Origin: Candidatus Dormiibacterota bacterium
GTDB lineage: Bacteria; Chloroflexota; Dormibacteria; Aeolococcales; Aeolococcaceae
Assembly: GCA_963709585.1 (NCBI GenBank)
Contig: CAVPXI010000006.1
Coordinates: 224,001-288,000, forward strand
Direction: 5' to 3'
Length of the DNA stretch: 64,000 nt
Shown one piece after another: positions 43,174 through 52,532 of the stretch. The first letter of the stretch is position 1, and the number at the start of each line of letters is the position of its first letter. A model generated the notes under the pieces. It was not told where the DNA came from. It was given only the letters and a program-made list of their open reading frames with translations, and made no database searches. A program made the position numbers and the translations under genes.

Positions 43174-43527
43174 TCAGCGGAAGAGCAGGACCGCGGCCCC
43201 CGCGCCGACCACCAGCGGAGCGCCGACGCACGCCGCCAACAGCGAGACGGAATCGGGATCGCGGGGCCACCAGGCGGGCGGCAGGGCGCGGTTGATCGGC
43301 ACTCTTGCGCCGCGCAGATGGGTATTTCCGTCAAAGAGCGCGAAAGCCGCGACGCATGCCAGCGCGATGAGCAGCGCGGCCTCGGCGAGGAGCGCGGCCG
43401 CGCCGGTGGCACCGACGGCATGCAGCCAGGCGCAGAGGACGAAGGTGACGATGCCGAGACCCGCGCCCGAGGTCGCGGCCAGGAAAGTGGTCGGCAGCGA
43501 GGTGCGCGGCAGGCTCGGGAGTCGCAT
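43174..43527 (-). CDS. Small hypothetical membrane protein
   Basis: Three hydrophobic segments; fills the intergenic gap. Confidence 0.55.
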   Translation of the reverse strand: MRLPSLPRTSLPTTFLAATSGAGLGIVTFVLCAWLHAVGATGAAALLAEAALLIALACVAAFALFDGNTHLRGARVPINRALPPAWWPRDPDSVSLLAACVGAPLVVGAGAAVLLFR

Positions 43528-43719
43528 GGCTTTCGATGGCAGCGTAGCACTCGGGCCGAATCGATGACCGTTCACCGGGAGGCGGCTCGGTTGTGACGAA
43601 ACCGTTACGGCGAAGGGCAACGCTTGACGCGCGCGATCTACTGTGCCTACGCTGCTGCGGTCGCCAGCGGGGCGGCCGGTTCCCACTCTCTCCCAACGTC
43701 CCACCACACGAGGAACCCG

Positions 43720-44520
43720 ATGCCGACAAGGTCTCGTCTTGCCGCTGCCGCGCTCGGTGCCACCGCTGTGGCCACCATCCCGTCCGCCGTATTCGCGACC
43801 TCCTACGTGGTGCGCCCGGGCGACACCGCGTCGGACATCGCCGTTCGTCACGGCACCACCGTGGCCGCGCTGCTCGACGCCAACCGGATGGCCGCGCCCG
43901 AGCTCATCCGGGTCGGTCAGATGCTGCAGATCCCCGACGCGTCACTGGCGCTGCCCGCCTACGCGCGCGGCGCGGATGACTTCGAGACCTATCGGGTCGG
44001 CCGCGGCGAGGGCGTTTTCGAGGCGGCCCGGCGTTTCGGTGTCGACCCCACGGCGCTCGCGCGCACCAACGGCATCGGCGTCAACGCGCCGATCGCTGAA
44101 GGTGACGAGCTGGTCGTTCCCGGCCGCCTCACGCGGATGAATGCGCTGGTGAGCTTCGTCGCCGCCGACGTCGGGGTCGACGCGCGGCTGCTCCGCGGCG
44201 TCGCCTGGGCGGAGTCCCAATGGCGGCAGGAACGTGTCTCTCCGACCGGGGCTGTGGGCGTCATGCAGATCGAGCCCTTCACGGGCGAATGGGTCTCGCG
44301 CCACCTCGCCGGGTCACATCTCGACATCTGGCGCGCGCAGGACAACGTGGTCGCCGGGGCGATGCTGCTCCGCCACCTGATGACCAAGCACGAGGCCGGC
44401 ATCCCCGCCACCCTCGCTGGGTACTACCAAGGTGATGCGAGCGTCGCCAGTCACGGTGTTTACGACGACACGCGTCGGTACCAGCGCGAAGTCCAGGACC
44501 TGATCGCTCAGGACGTCTGA
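43720..44520 (+). CDS. Secreted 2xLysM + lytic transglycosylase (SLT) protein
   Basis: Signal peptide; YVVRPGDT; AESQW, GAVGVMQI, AGYYQG. Confidence 0.9.
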   Translation: MPTRSRLAAAALGATAVATIPSAVFATSYVVRPGDTASDIAVRHGTTVAALLDANRMAAPELIRVGQMLQIPDASLALPAYARGADDFETYRVGRGEGVFEAARRFGVDPTALARTNGIGVNAPIAEGDELVVPGRLTRMNALVSFVAADVGVDARLLRGVAWAESQWRQERVSPTGAVGVMQIEPFTGEWVSRHLAGSHLDIWRAQDNVVAGAMLLRHLMTKHEAGIPATLAGYYQGDASVASHGVYDDTRRYQREVQDLIAQDV

Positions 44521-45443
44521 GCGATCGGGGGCGGCCACCCGCCCACTCGCGTCATCGCGCCGCTTTGGTCGACAAGCCGCGCGGGAAGCCCAGCCTTGTC
44601 GAGCCATGCGGCTGCCGTGGCACCCCGGACGATCGCGGCGGTGGCGGCGATATTGGCGTCGACGCAACTTCCGGCGACGACGCTGACCGTCCGCCACGGC
44701 CCCGCAGCGGGAAGCCCGGTGGCCGGGTCGATGATGTGATGCAGCTCGACCTCGCCACGCCGCCAGCGGCGCACGGTCGTGCTCGAGGTGGCGACGCCGC
44801 CGGCGCGGATCGCAATCGTCTCGCCGTCCGGCGTGATCGCGGCGCGGCTGTCCTCGGCGATCTGAATGTGCCATCCCTCATCTGGGGGATCGCCGGCAAC
44901 TGAAACGTCTCCACCCAGGCTGACGAGCACCCCACCGCCGTGCATCGCATCGATCGCCGCGGCGGCGGCGAGGTCGGCGGCGAGTGCTTTGGCGGTTGCG
45001 CCGAGATCGATCTCGACGCCGGCGTCGATCTCCACACGTCGGGTGACCGGAAAGAGCCGGATCCGCCGCCACCCGGGCACCGGGGACACCACGAGGGTCA
45101 GCGGCGCGCCGTCGGCAGGCACCGCGTCGAAGTCGACACTGTACCCGGCGCTGCGGACCGCCCCGCCAACCGTCGGATCGACCGCGCCCTCGGTGAGCTC
45201 CGCCGCGCGGATCGCGGTGGCGAGCGCCTGCGCCAGCAGCGGTGACACGGCGCCCTCCCGCCGCCCGACGCCGGCCTGGAGGCGGCTCAGCTCGCTGTCC
45301 TCGCGGAATCGGCTGCACGCCAGGTCGATCGCGCCAACCACCGCCTCGACCGCGGCGGTCGCGGCGTCGAGGGTGTCCGGGTCGGTGACGACCACGTCCA
45401 TCGAGGTGCCGAGAGCGCTCCCTCGGTACGCGGCAAGGGTCAT
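44508..45443 (-). CDS. apbE: FAD:protein FMN transferase, no signal peptide visible
   Basis: SRFREDSELS, DPTVG, DLGATAK, SLGGD, ATSS, HHIIDPATG. Confidence 0.93.
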   Translation of the reverse strand: MTLAAYRGSALGTSMDVVVTDPDTLDAATAAVEAVVGAIDLACSRFREDSELSRLQAGVGRREGAVSPLLAQALATAIRAAELTEGAVDPTVGGAVRSAGYSVDFDAVPADGAPLTLVVSPVPGWRRIRLFPVTRRVEIDAGVEIDLGATAKALAADLAAAAAIDAMHGGGVLVSLGGDVSVAGDPPDEGWHIQIAEDSRAAITPDGETIAIRAGGVATSSTTVRRWRRGEVELHHIIDPATGLPAAGPWRTVSVVAGSCVDANIAATAAIVRGATAAAWLDKAGLPARLVDQSGAMTRVGGWPPPIAQTS

Positions 45444-45757
45444 GAGCCGCCGCTGACGGTACTCGCTGACGATGAGCTTCCGGTGCTCGCGGATCCGGTG
45501 GAAAGTGACGACGACCCGGTGCTCGATGAGGAAGAGGATGGCGTCGTCGTCGTGGCGGTCCCCGAGGACGATGTCACTGTCGTGCTCGATCCGCTGTTGG
45601 TCGTCGTCGAACTACCCGCGTGGGTGTGCGCAGCCAGGATGGCGAGCGCGGCGACGGCCGCGGTTCCAACCACCCCGAACGACGTCGTGAGCTTGCCGCG
45701 CAGACGGAGCGCCCGGTCCCGCTCGGCCACCGTGATGGGTCGCTTCCGCGACGGCAT
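45440..45757 (-). CDS. 105-aa membrane-anchored Ser/Thr-rich protein ending in VSGGS
   Basis: Start overlaps the GT2 stop; stop overlaps the apbE ATG; TM segment followed by a low-complexity stalk. Confidence 0.75.
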   Translation of the reverse strand: MPSRKRPITVAERDRALRLRGKLTTSFGVVGTAAVAALAILAAHTHAGSSTTTNSGSSTTVTSSSGTATTTTPSSSSSSTGSSSLSTGSASTGSSSSASTVSGGS

Positions 45758-46539
45758 CACCGAATCTCCTGGGGATGACGCGGGTGTGGACGCAGCCCAC
45801 CGCGAAGTCGCGGCGTCGGGCGGAACAGCCGCAGCACGCCGCGCAGATCGGTCAGCGCGGTGTGTGGAACGTTCACCCGCGAGTCCGGGTCCTCGACCCA
45901 CTCCACCGGGACGTCGTGAATACGAAAGCCGGCACGCTGCGCGATGACGAGCAGCTCGGTGTCGAAGAACCATCCCTGATCACGAACCATGGGCACCAGG
46001 TCGCGGGCGACCTGCGCGCGTATCGCCTTGAATCCGCACTGCGCATCGCGAAAGCGCGTGTGCAGCACGGCCCGAAGCAGGAGGTTGTAGGCGCGCGAGA
46101 TGACCTCGCGCTGTGGGCCCCTGGTGACCCGCGCACCGCGTATGAGCCGGCTGCCGATGGTGATGTCGCTGCCGCCCGCGAGCAGCGGCGCGATCAAGGC
46201 CGACAGTGACTCGAGTCGTGTCGAGAGGTCGACGTCCATGTATGCGAGCACACGCGCTTCGCTCGCCATCCACACTGCGCGGATCGCTCGACCGCGACCC
46301 TTCGCGCCGAGATGGACAAACCGGACGCCGTCGAGCTCGACCGCGAGCCGCATGCCGATGAGGCGGGTTGCGTCCTCGCTCGCGTTGTCGACGATGGTGA
46401 TCCTGGACGCGAATGGAATTCGCGTGCACACATGGGCGTGCAGGGCGCGAATGCTCGTGTCCAGGACGCGCTCCTCGTTGTATACCGGAACCGCGATATC
46501 CAGAACCGGAGCGCTGGTTGTGGCGCGCAGATCGTTCAT
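45757..46539 (-). CDS. GT2 glycosyltransferase (polyprenol-phosphate sugar synthase-like)
   Basis: PVYNEE, VDNASED, YMDVD, DAQCGFKA, WFFDTELL. Confidence 0.9.
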   Translation of the reverse strand: MNDLRATTSAPVLDIAVPVYNEERVLDTSIRALHAHVCTRIPFASRITIVDNASEDATRLIGMRLAVELDGVRFVHLGAKGRGRAIRAVWMASEARVLAYMDVDLSTRLESLSALIAPLLAGGSDITIGSRLIRGARVTRGPQREVISRAYNLLLRAVLHTRFRDAQCGFKAIRAQVARDLVPMVRDQGWFFDTELLVIAQRAGFRIHDVPVEWVEDPDSRVNVPHTALTDLRGVLRLFRPTPRLRGGLRPHPRHPQEIR

Positions 46540-46584
46540 GACATCAAGCGTGCTGCCGGCGCCTTGACGCGAGCCACGAAGAAG

Positions 46585-46653
46585 CTGGGAGGCATCTGTG
46601 AAGTCACGGGGATCTCTGAGCGGACTCACAGCGATCTCCGGCAGGTCTCTGAG
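46585..46653. promoter_or_regulatory. OmpR/MprA-type hexamer array with 11-bp period in a divergent promoter
   Basis: TCACGG 46604, TCTGAG 46615, TCACAG 46626, TCCGGC 46637, TCTGAG 46648; opposite-strand TCACAG-N5-TCCCAG at 46585-46601. Confidence 0.65.
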
Positions 46654-46688
46654 CCGGCACCCCTACAGTCGCGAGCGAAGGAGTCCTC

Positions 46689-47432
46689 TTGCCGAATCCC
46701 CAGCGCCGTTCGTTTCCCCGCCCACGGAGCGGCCGCGCATGGCTGTTCAGCGCCGTCGTCGCGGTGGTCGCCGCCGGCGCCGCGGGCGTGCTCTTCGTGT
46801 ATTTCGTGCTCTTCAGCCACTCGGCGCCGGCGCCGCTCGCGCTGGCGGCGCCATCAGCAACCACCCAATCGCCGGCACTGACCTCGACCGCGATTCCGGG
46901 CAGCTGGACCGTCGCATCGAAGTCGGTTGCGGGATACCGCGTTCGCGAGCAGCTCGCCTTTCTCTCGGCGCCGAGCGATGCGGTGGGACGCACGTCCCAG
47001 ATCACCGGTACCGCGACGATCACCGGGTCCGGGACCGCCCTGACTCTGAGCGCCGCGTCATTCAGCGTTGACGTGCAATCCCTGACCAGCGATCAGTCGA
47101 TGCGCGACAGCCACCTCCAGACCCTCGGGCTCGAGAGCGCGCAATTCCCGCATGCGACATTTGTGCTGTCGGCACCGGTGACCTTGCCCGCAACCGCGAC
47201 ATCGGGGGCCGAGGTGCAAGTGCCGTTGCAGGGTGCGCTGACCATCCATGGGACGACAAAGACCGTCACGATTCATGTGCAGGCGCGGCTCTCAGGCTCT
47301 GAGATCGAGGTCGTGGGTTCGATCTCGTTCCCGTGGGGCGAGTTCAACATGCAGGCGCCGAACATCGGCGGGTTCGTCACCGTCGACGGCACGGCCACGA
47401 TGGAGTTCGATCTCTTCCTCAAGCACGGTTGA
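46689..47432 (+). CDS. Membrane-anchored YceI family protein
   Basis: TM segment; SVAGYRVRE, SLTSDQSMRD, GALTIHGTTK. Confidence 0.88.
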   Translation: MPNPQRRSFPRPRSGRAWLFSAVVAVVAAGAAGVLFVYFVLFSHSAPAPLALAAPSATTQSPALTSTAIPGSWTVASKSVAGYRVREQLAFLSAPSDAVGRTSQITGTATITGSGTALTLSAASFSVDVQSLTSDQSMRDSHLQTLGLESAQFPHATFVLSAPVTLPATATSGAEVQVPLQGALTIHGTTKTVTIHVQARLSGSEIEVVGSISFPWGEFNMQAPNIGGFVTVDGTATMEFDLFLKHG

Positions 47433-47442
47433 CGCGGAAGCG

Positions 47443-47661
47443 TCAGGGACGCGAGGCGAGAGCCTGCAGCCGCAGCGCGAGCGTGGGGCACCCCGAGACC
47501 GCTCGCTTTGCATGCGGCAACACCGACTTGGGGATCGCCCCGGGACGGATGATCGGGTACCCCCAGTCATCGAGCTCGATGAGCTCCGGCACGAGGTCGG
47601 CGCAAACACCGTGGCCATCGCACTTGATGCGATCGATGCCGAGCGTGACGCGGTCGCTCAT
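47443..47661 (-). CDS. Ferredoxin
   Basis: CDGHGVC...CPTLAL. Confidence 0.88.
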   Translation of the reverse strand: MSDRVTLGIDRIKCDGHGVCADLVPELIELDDWGYPIIRPGAIPKSVLPHAKRAVSGCPTLALRLQALASRP

Positions 47662-48887
47662 GACGCCGCCGCCGCCACCGCGCGTGCGACGCTGCAACGC
47701 CGCTCGAATGCGTGGTGTTCGAATTCGTCGGCAAAGACGCGAAGCGCTGACGCGAGCAGTCCGGCCGCACCGTCGGGGTGGCGACAGGCGCCGCGTCCCG
47801 CCAGGAAGCCAGCCCAGCGCTGGATATGTTCGAGGTCGCCCGGCGTCGACGCCAGCCCGGCGACGCGCCCCGCGCACGCGGAGATGGCGCGAAGGCCGAA
47901 TGTGCACGGCCCGCACTGGCGGGCACTCTCGTGCGCCAGGTACGCGAGGATCCTCGCGGTCTCGACGACACCGCATCGCTCCGACGGCAACACGGCGATC
48001 ACCCCGCAGCCGAGTGAATATCCCTGCTGGCGCAGCGGATCGGTGTCCAGTGGCAGCCCCCATGCGGTGCTGGACTCGACCCATCCTCCGAAATACCCGC
48101 CGAGCAGCACCGCATCGCTGTCGGACGTGATGCCGCCAGCGGCATTCACCGCATCAGCGAGTGCCAGACCCATCGGGATCTCGATCAACACCGTCTGGGG
48201 AACGGCACCGCCGACGGTGACCAGCGTCGTCCCCGACGCGTCCCCGATGCCGAGTGAGCGAAACCACTCATCGCCGAATCGCGCGATCAGCGCGACGTGC
48301 GCAAGCGTCTCGACATTCTGTACGAGCGTGGGACGTCCATCGATCCCGCGCTCGTACGGACGCGGCGGAATCGACGTGGGAAGCGCGATCCCCGCGTTGA
48401 CGAAGTGCACGGCCGCGGTCTCCTCTCCGGAGACATAGCGAACCGGTGAGCTCACCAGCCGGATCCGCTTTCGCTCGGACGCGGAACGTTCGGTCATGGC
48501 GCGCTGCATCGCCTGGATGGCGCCGGTATGGTCGGCGCCGACATAGAGGACGATCTCACCCGCTCCAACGGCGCCCGCAGCGAGCACCGCTCCATCGATG
48601 ACCAGGTGGGGACGCTGCTCCATGAGCATGCGGTCCTTGCGGCTCAGCGGCTCTCCCTCACCGCCGTTGGCGAGCACGACGGGGCGCCCCGCCCTTTGCG
48701 CCGCGACCGATCGCCACTTGGTCGCGACCGGGAATCCGGCCCCGCCTTTGCCGCGGAGGCTGCTTCGCTCGATCGAGTCGATGAGCGCCCGTGTGGCCTT
48801 CGGCAGCGCGCCGAGACGATGCTGATGCTCGGCAAACAACTCCATGCCCAGGGTCGCGGGCGGCCCGGCGAGCAGCGCGATGCTCAT
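47658..48887 (-). CDS. NuoF-like NADH-binding FMN/[4Fe-4S] protein
   Basis: LRGKGGAGFP, NGGEGEP, YVSGEETA, NVETL, CGPCTFG, ACRHPDG. Confidence 0.9.
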   Translation of the reverse strand: MSIALLAGPPATLGMELFAEHQHRLGALPKATRALIDSIERSSLRGKGGAGFPVATKWRSVAAQRAGRPVVLANGGEGEPLSRKDRMLMEQRPHLVIDGAVLAAGAVGAGEIVLYVGADHTGAIQAMQRAMTERSASERKRIRLVSSPVRYVSGEETAAVHFVNAGIALPTSIPPRPYERGIDGRPTLVQNVETLAHVALIARFGDEWFRSLGIGDASGTTLVTVGGAVPQTVLIEIPMGLALADAVNAAGGITSDSDAVLLGGYFGGWVESSTAWGLPLDTDPLRQQGYSLGCGVIAVLPSERCGVVETARILAYLAHESARQCGPCTFGLRAISACAGRVAGLASTPGDLEHIQRWAGFLAGRGACRHPDGAAGLLASALRVFADEFEHHAFERRCSVARAVAAAAS

Positions 48888-49468
48888 TGTCCCGCTCCGA
48901 ACGACGCACGCTCCGCGGCCACGCGACGTTCGTCCGCGAGCGGGTCCGGCGGCGCCGCGACCATGCGCCAGACGAGAGCCACCCCGACGGCACCGACGCA
49001 TACAACATCGATCACGATCATCCAGAGTGCCGTGCTGTCGGTGCCGGTGCCGATGCCGTGGAACACGGCCACCGGCCAGCTCGCATACGCGAGCCAGTGG
49101 ATTCCGCGCCACACGCGAGCGCCGATGTACCGGCGGAGCAGGCTGGTCGCAACGATCGCGAGCAGCAGCTCAAATGCGATCGCCCCGAGGCCGAGCCACA
49201 AGGTCCGATAGGACGAGCCGAATGGAACCAGCGCGGTCAGGCCGAGGTGGGTGAACGGGTCGACCACCGCGGTGACGATGTGGAGCACCAGGAACACGAG
49301 CGTCATCAGGGCGAGGTCGCCGTGCACCGCCGCGCTGAGGAATCGCGGCCAGCCATGCGTTTCAAACCGCACGCGGGCGAGCAATCCGAGGACGACGACC
49401 GCACTCAGCAGCACGAGGCTGACAGCGCCCGCGCCGCGCGTGGTGTACCAGAGCAATTGGTCAGACAT
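48884..49468 (-). CDS. Ferric reductase-like / MsrQ-like heme b membrane protein
   Basis: Five TM segments with His ligands; WRGIHWLAYASW, HGIGTGTD. Confidence 0.88.
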   Translation of the reverse strand: MSDQLLWYTTRGAGAVSLVLLSAVVVLGLLARVRFETHGWPRFLSAAVHGDLALMTLVFLVLHIVTAVVDPFTHLGLTALVPFGSSYRTLWLGLGAIAFELLLAIVATSLLRRYIGARVWRGIHWLAYASWPVAVFHGIGTGTDSTALWMIVIDVVCVGAVGVALVWRMVAAPPDPLADERRVAAERASFGAGQ

Positions 49469-49480
49469 CGGCTCGAGCCC

Positions 49481-50896
49481 TCATGCTGCCGGAAGCTCGA
49501 TCCGGAAGGTCGCGCCGCCGCCGGGCGTGTCGGTGACGCTGATCCTTCCGCCATGCGCGGTCACGACCGCGGTGGCGATGCTCAGTCCCAGACCGCTGCC
49601 GCCCTGGTCGCGACTGCGCCCCGGGTCCGCGCGGTGAAACCGCTCGAAGATCCGCTCGCGTTGCGCCGCCGGAACGCCGGGCCCGTGGTCGATGACGTCG
49701 ATGTCGACGTGTCCGTTCTGCGCCTGCAGGGCTACCTCCACCGGGCTTCCCGCCGGCGTGTGCACGAGCGCGTTGCGTACGAGGTTGGCGACCGCCTGAC
49801 GCAGCCTCAGGTCATCGCCGGTCACCACGATGGGCGCGTCGATGTGGGCGATCACCGCTCGTTCCGGGTCGGCCGCGCGCGCGTCACTCACGGCGTCGTT
49901 GACCATCGAGGTGAGGTCGACCGGAGCCCGGTCCAGCGGGCGTCCCTGGTCGAGTCGCGCGAGCAGCAGCAGGTCGTCGACCAGCACGCCCATGCGCCGG
50001 GTCTCGTCCTCGATGCGCCGGACCGCGAGCAGCACGTCGTCGCGGGTCATGTCCGGGTTGCGTTGCAGCAGCTCCGCGTAGCCGCGCATCGATGTGAGTG
50101 GTGTCCGGAGCTCATGTGAGGCGTCCGAGACGAAGTGACGCAGTTTCTGCTCGGTCACATCGCGCTCGTCGAAGGCTCGCTCGATCTGGCCGAGCATGGC
50201 ATTGAGCGCGAGCCCGAGGCGTCCGACCTCGGTGCGCTCGTTCGACGGCGCGACGCGACGACCGAGGCCGCTCGCCGCTATCGAGCGAGCGGTTGCGCCC
50301 ATGCGCTCCAGCGGACGCATGCCGCGGCGCACCAGCAACCACGTTGCGACCAGCACGATGATCGTGATGCCACTACTGATTGCGATCTCAAAAATGAGCA
50401 GGGTGCTCAGGGTGGTGTTGACGCCATCGAGCGGAACCGCGACCACGACTGTGGACGTCGAGTCACCCGGAAACTGCGGTGGCTGCGAGCTGACCAACAC
50501 CCTGTACGACTCCCACGACCCCTCCCCAGGAACGGTGAGCGCCGACCCGGCGTCTTTGGCGATATCGGAAGGAAAAACCGGATTCGACGACGAGCTGGGA
50601 GCCACGGTTCCGCCGTAAAGGTAGCCGGCCTGTGTGGTCACGCCGGACGCGCTCACGAGTTCGCCGTATGTCCCCGCCGGAAAGGCATCCTGTTTTCCGA
50701 ACCCTCCATCCGGTGGTCCACCCTGTTTGCTCGAATCAAGAACGGTCTGCGCGCCGGGCTCGATAACCACGAGTTGTTTGTCAACGCCCTGGAGGAGTGA
50801 CGTCTGCAGTGCGGCGTAGGTGCCGACGTCGGCGGCGGCGAGGCCGAGGATGAAGAGCGGCGCCAGGGTCAGCAGCAGCCTGAGTCGCAGGGACAT
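49481..50896 (-). CDS. HAMP sensor histidine kinase
   Basis: SDASHELRTPLT, NLVRNA, DHGPG, GSGLGL. Confidence 0.95.
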   Translation of the reverse strand: MSLRLRLLLTLAPLFILGLAAADVGTYAALQTSLLQGVDKQLVVIEPGAQTVLDSSKQGGPPDGGFGKQDAFPAGTYGELVSASGVTTQAGYLYGGTVAPSSSSNPVFPSDIAKDAGSALTVPGEGSWESYRVLVSSQPPQFPGDSTSTVVVAVPLDGVNTTLSTLLIFEIAISSGITIIVLVATWLLVRRGMRPLERMGATARSIAASGLGRRVAPSNERTEVGRLGLALNAMLGQIERAFDERDVTEQKLRHFVSDASHELRTPLTSMRGYAELLQRNPDMTRDDVLLAVRRIEDETRRMGVLVDDLLLLARLDQGRPLDRAPVDLTSMVNDAVSDARAADPERAVIAHIDAPIVVTGDDLRLRQAVANLVRNALVHTPAGSPVEVALQAQNGHVDIDVIDHGPGVPAAQRERIFERFHRADPGRSRDQGGSGLGLSIATAVVTAHGGRISVTDTPGGGATFRIELPAA

Positions 50897-50928
50897 CTAC
50901 GGCCCTGAGCACATGGTGGGCGCGCCGC

Positions 50929-51642
50929 TCACGCGTGCGCCGATGTCGTGCGCGGAACACGGATGACGTATCCCACTCCACGAACCGTGTGAATGAGCGG
51001 CGGGGTGACCGTGTCGACCTTGCGGCGTAGGTAGCTGATGTACGTCTCCAGCACGCTCGCGTCGCCGCCGAAATCGTAGTCCCAGACGTGATCGAGGATC
51101 TGCGAGCGCGAGAGCACGCGGCCGGTGTTCATCATCAGGTAGCGCAGCAGGCGGAACTCCGTGCGGGTCAACTCGATCGGCGCCCCGGCGCGGAAGACCT
51201 CGTGGGTCTCGTCGTCGAGCTCGAGGTCGTGGAGCACCAGCTTGCCGCTCGCGGCGGCGCCGTCAGGATTGTGACGCCGGAGCACGACCCGGATTCTCGC
51301 CACCAGCTCCTCGATGCTGAACGGCTTGGTCACGTAGTCGTCGCCGCCGATCGTCAGCCCGTGGACCTTTTCCTCGGTGGCGTCGCGGGCGGTCAGGAAG
51401 ATCACCGGGACCTTGACGCCGTCGCTGATCAGACGCTGCACGAGCGTGAAGCCGTCGTCGTCCGGCAACCCGACGTCGAGGATCATGAGGTCGGGGCGGA
51501 AGTCCATCACAGCGTGGCGGGCCTGCTTCGCGGTGCCCGCGGTCTGCACCGAGAAGCCCTCGTACTTGAGCGCCATCGCCACGAGATCGGTGATTGCCCG
51601 CTCATCGTCGACGACCAGGATTCGATTCGGCTCTGTGGTCAC
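50929..51642 (-). CDS. OmpR-family response regulator
   Basis: VVDDE, LDVGLP, KPF, ETYISYLRRK, HTVRGVGY. Confidence 0.95.
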   Translation of the reverse strand: MTTEPNRILVVDDERAITDLVAMALKYEGFSVQTAGTAKQARHAVMDFRPDLMILDVGLPDDDGFTLVQRLISDGVKVPVIFLTARDATEEKVHGLTIGGDDYVTKPFSIEELVARIRVVLRRHNPDGAAASGKLVLHDLELDDETHEVFRAGAPIELTRTEFRLLRYLMMNTGRVLSRSQILDHVWDYDFGGDASVLETYISYLRRKVDTVTPPLIHTVRGVGYVIRVPRTTSAHA

Positions 51643-51664
51643 CGGGCCATCTTCGCGCGGAAGT

Positions 51665-51681
51665 CTGGGAAAAGGCTCAGA
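51665..51681 (-). promoter_or_regulatory. Hexamer pair upstream of the response regulator (possible autoregulation)
   Basis: Minus strand TCTGAG-CCTTT-TCCCAG, same hexamers as at 46.6 kb. Confidence 0.5.
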
Positions 51682-51692
51682 GGATGTTGGGG

Positions 51693-52532
51693 CTACGCCG
51701 GGCGTTGCACCGCATCGCGCGCCCGCCCGCGCTCCCCGTCGCCGAGCGGAAGCGAGAGGCAGCGCACCCCGCCGCCCGCCTTGAGAAACTCCCCCATGGC
51801 ATGGGGGATCGGCGTGTAACCCGCGGCCCGGAGCGGTGCCTCCAGCTGCGAGATGGTCAGCGACGAGAGCACGAGCCGGCCGAGCGGCATCGCGTTGCAG
51901 GCAAAGCCCGCGGCGACCTCGACGGGCACCTCGATGAGATTCGGCACCAGCTCGCGGATCAGTCGCATCGAGGCGGGGGCGAACGCGTCCGGAGCAGCCA
52001 GGACGTTGGTGGCATCGAGCGGACAGAAGCAGGTGTCCAGATGATAGAAACGCGGGTCGACAAGCTCCAGGGACACGACGTCGACCTCGAGGATGCGCGC
52101 CACCGGGTGGTGGGCTTCGCGATCGGTTCGAAACCCATAGCCGCAGAAGAGCCGGTCGCCGACGAACAATGCATCTCCAGCGCCTTCGAATGACAGCGAT
52201 CGTGGCAGTTCGTGGACATCGAAGCCCAGCCGCTCGAGCTCCCGGCGCCAGTGCACCTCCTCCCCCTGCCGCTCGGGGTGATGGAAGTTGCTCAGGACGG
52301 CGCGGTTGTCCCACAACACGGCCGCGTTGGCCGTGAAGACCATGTCGGGCAGACCCGCGACCGGTGCAGCCAGTTCGATCTCAACACCGAGGTCGACATA
52401 GGTGCGATAGAGCGCGTCCCATTGCGCCGTGGCCAGCTCGTGGTCGACCTTGACCGCGACGTGCATCCACGGGTTGATCTCGTATTCGATGCCGAAGTGG
52501 TCCGGTCGGCACATTAGGACCGTTGCGGTCAT
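51693..52532 (-). CDS. Amidinotransferase / DDAH-arginine dihydrolase superfamily enzyme
   Basis: YEINPWM, PDMVFTAN, FEGAGD, YHLDTCF, GGGVRCL. Confidence 0.9.
   Translation of the reverse strand: MTATVLMCRPDHFGIEYEINPWMHVAVKVDHELATAQWDALYRTYVDLGVEIELAAPVAGLPDMVFTANAAVLWDNRAVLSNFHHPERQGEEVHWRRELERLGFDVHELPRSLSFEGAGDALFVGDRLFCGYGFRTDREAHHPVARILEVDVVSLELVDPRFYHLDTCFCPLDATNVLAAPDAFAPASMRLIRELVPNLIEVPVEVAAGFACNAMPLGRLVLSSLTISQLEAPLRAAGYTPIPHAMGEFLKAGGGVRCLSLPLGDGERGRARDAVQRPA

Noticed and set aside
45460-45615. GTC/GAC-rich repeats as a microsatellite
   Set aside because: Explained by Ser/Thr codons of the stalk protein.
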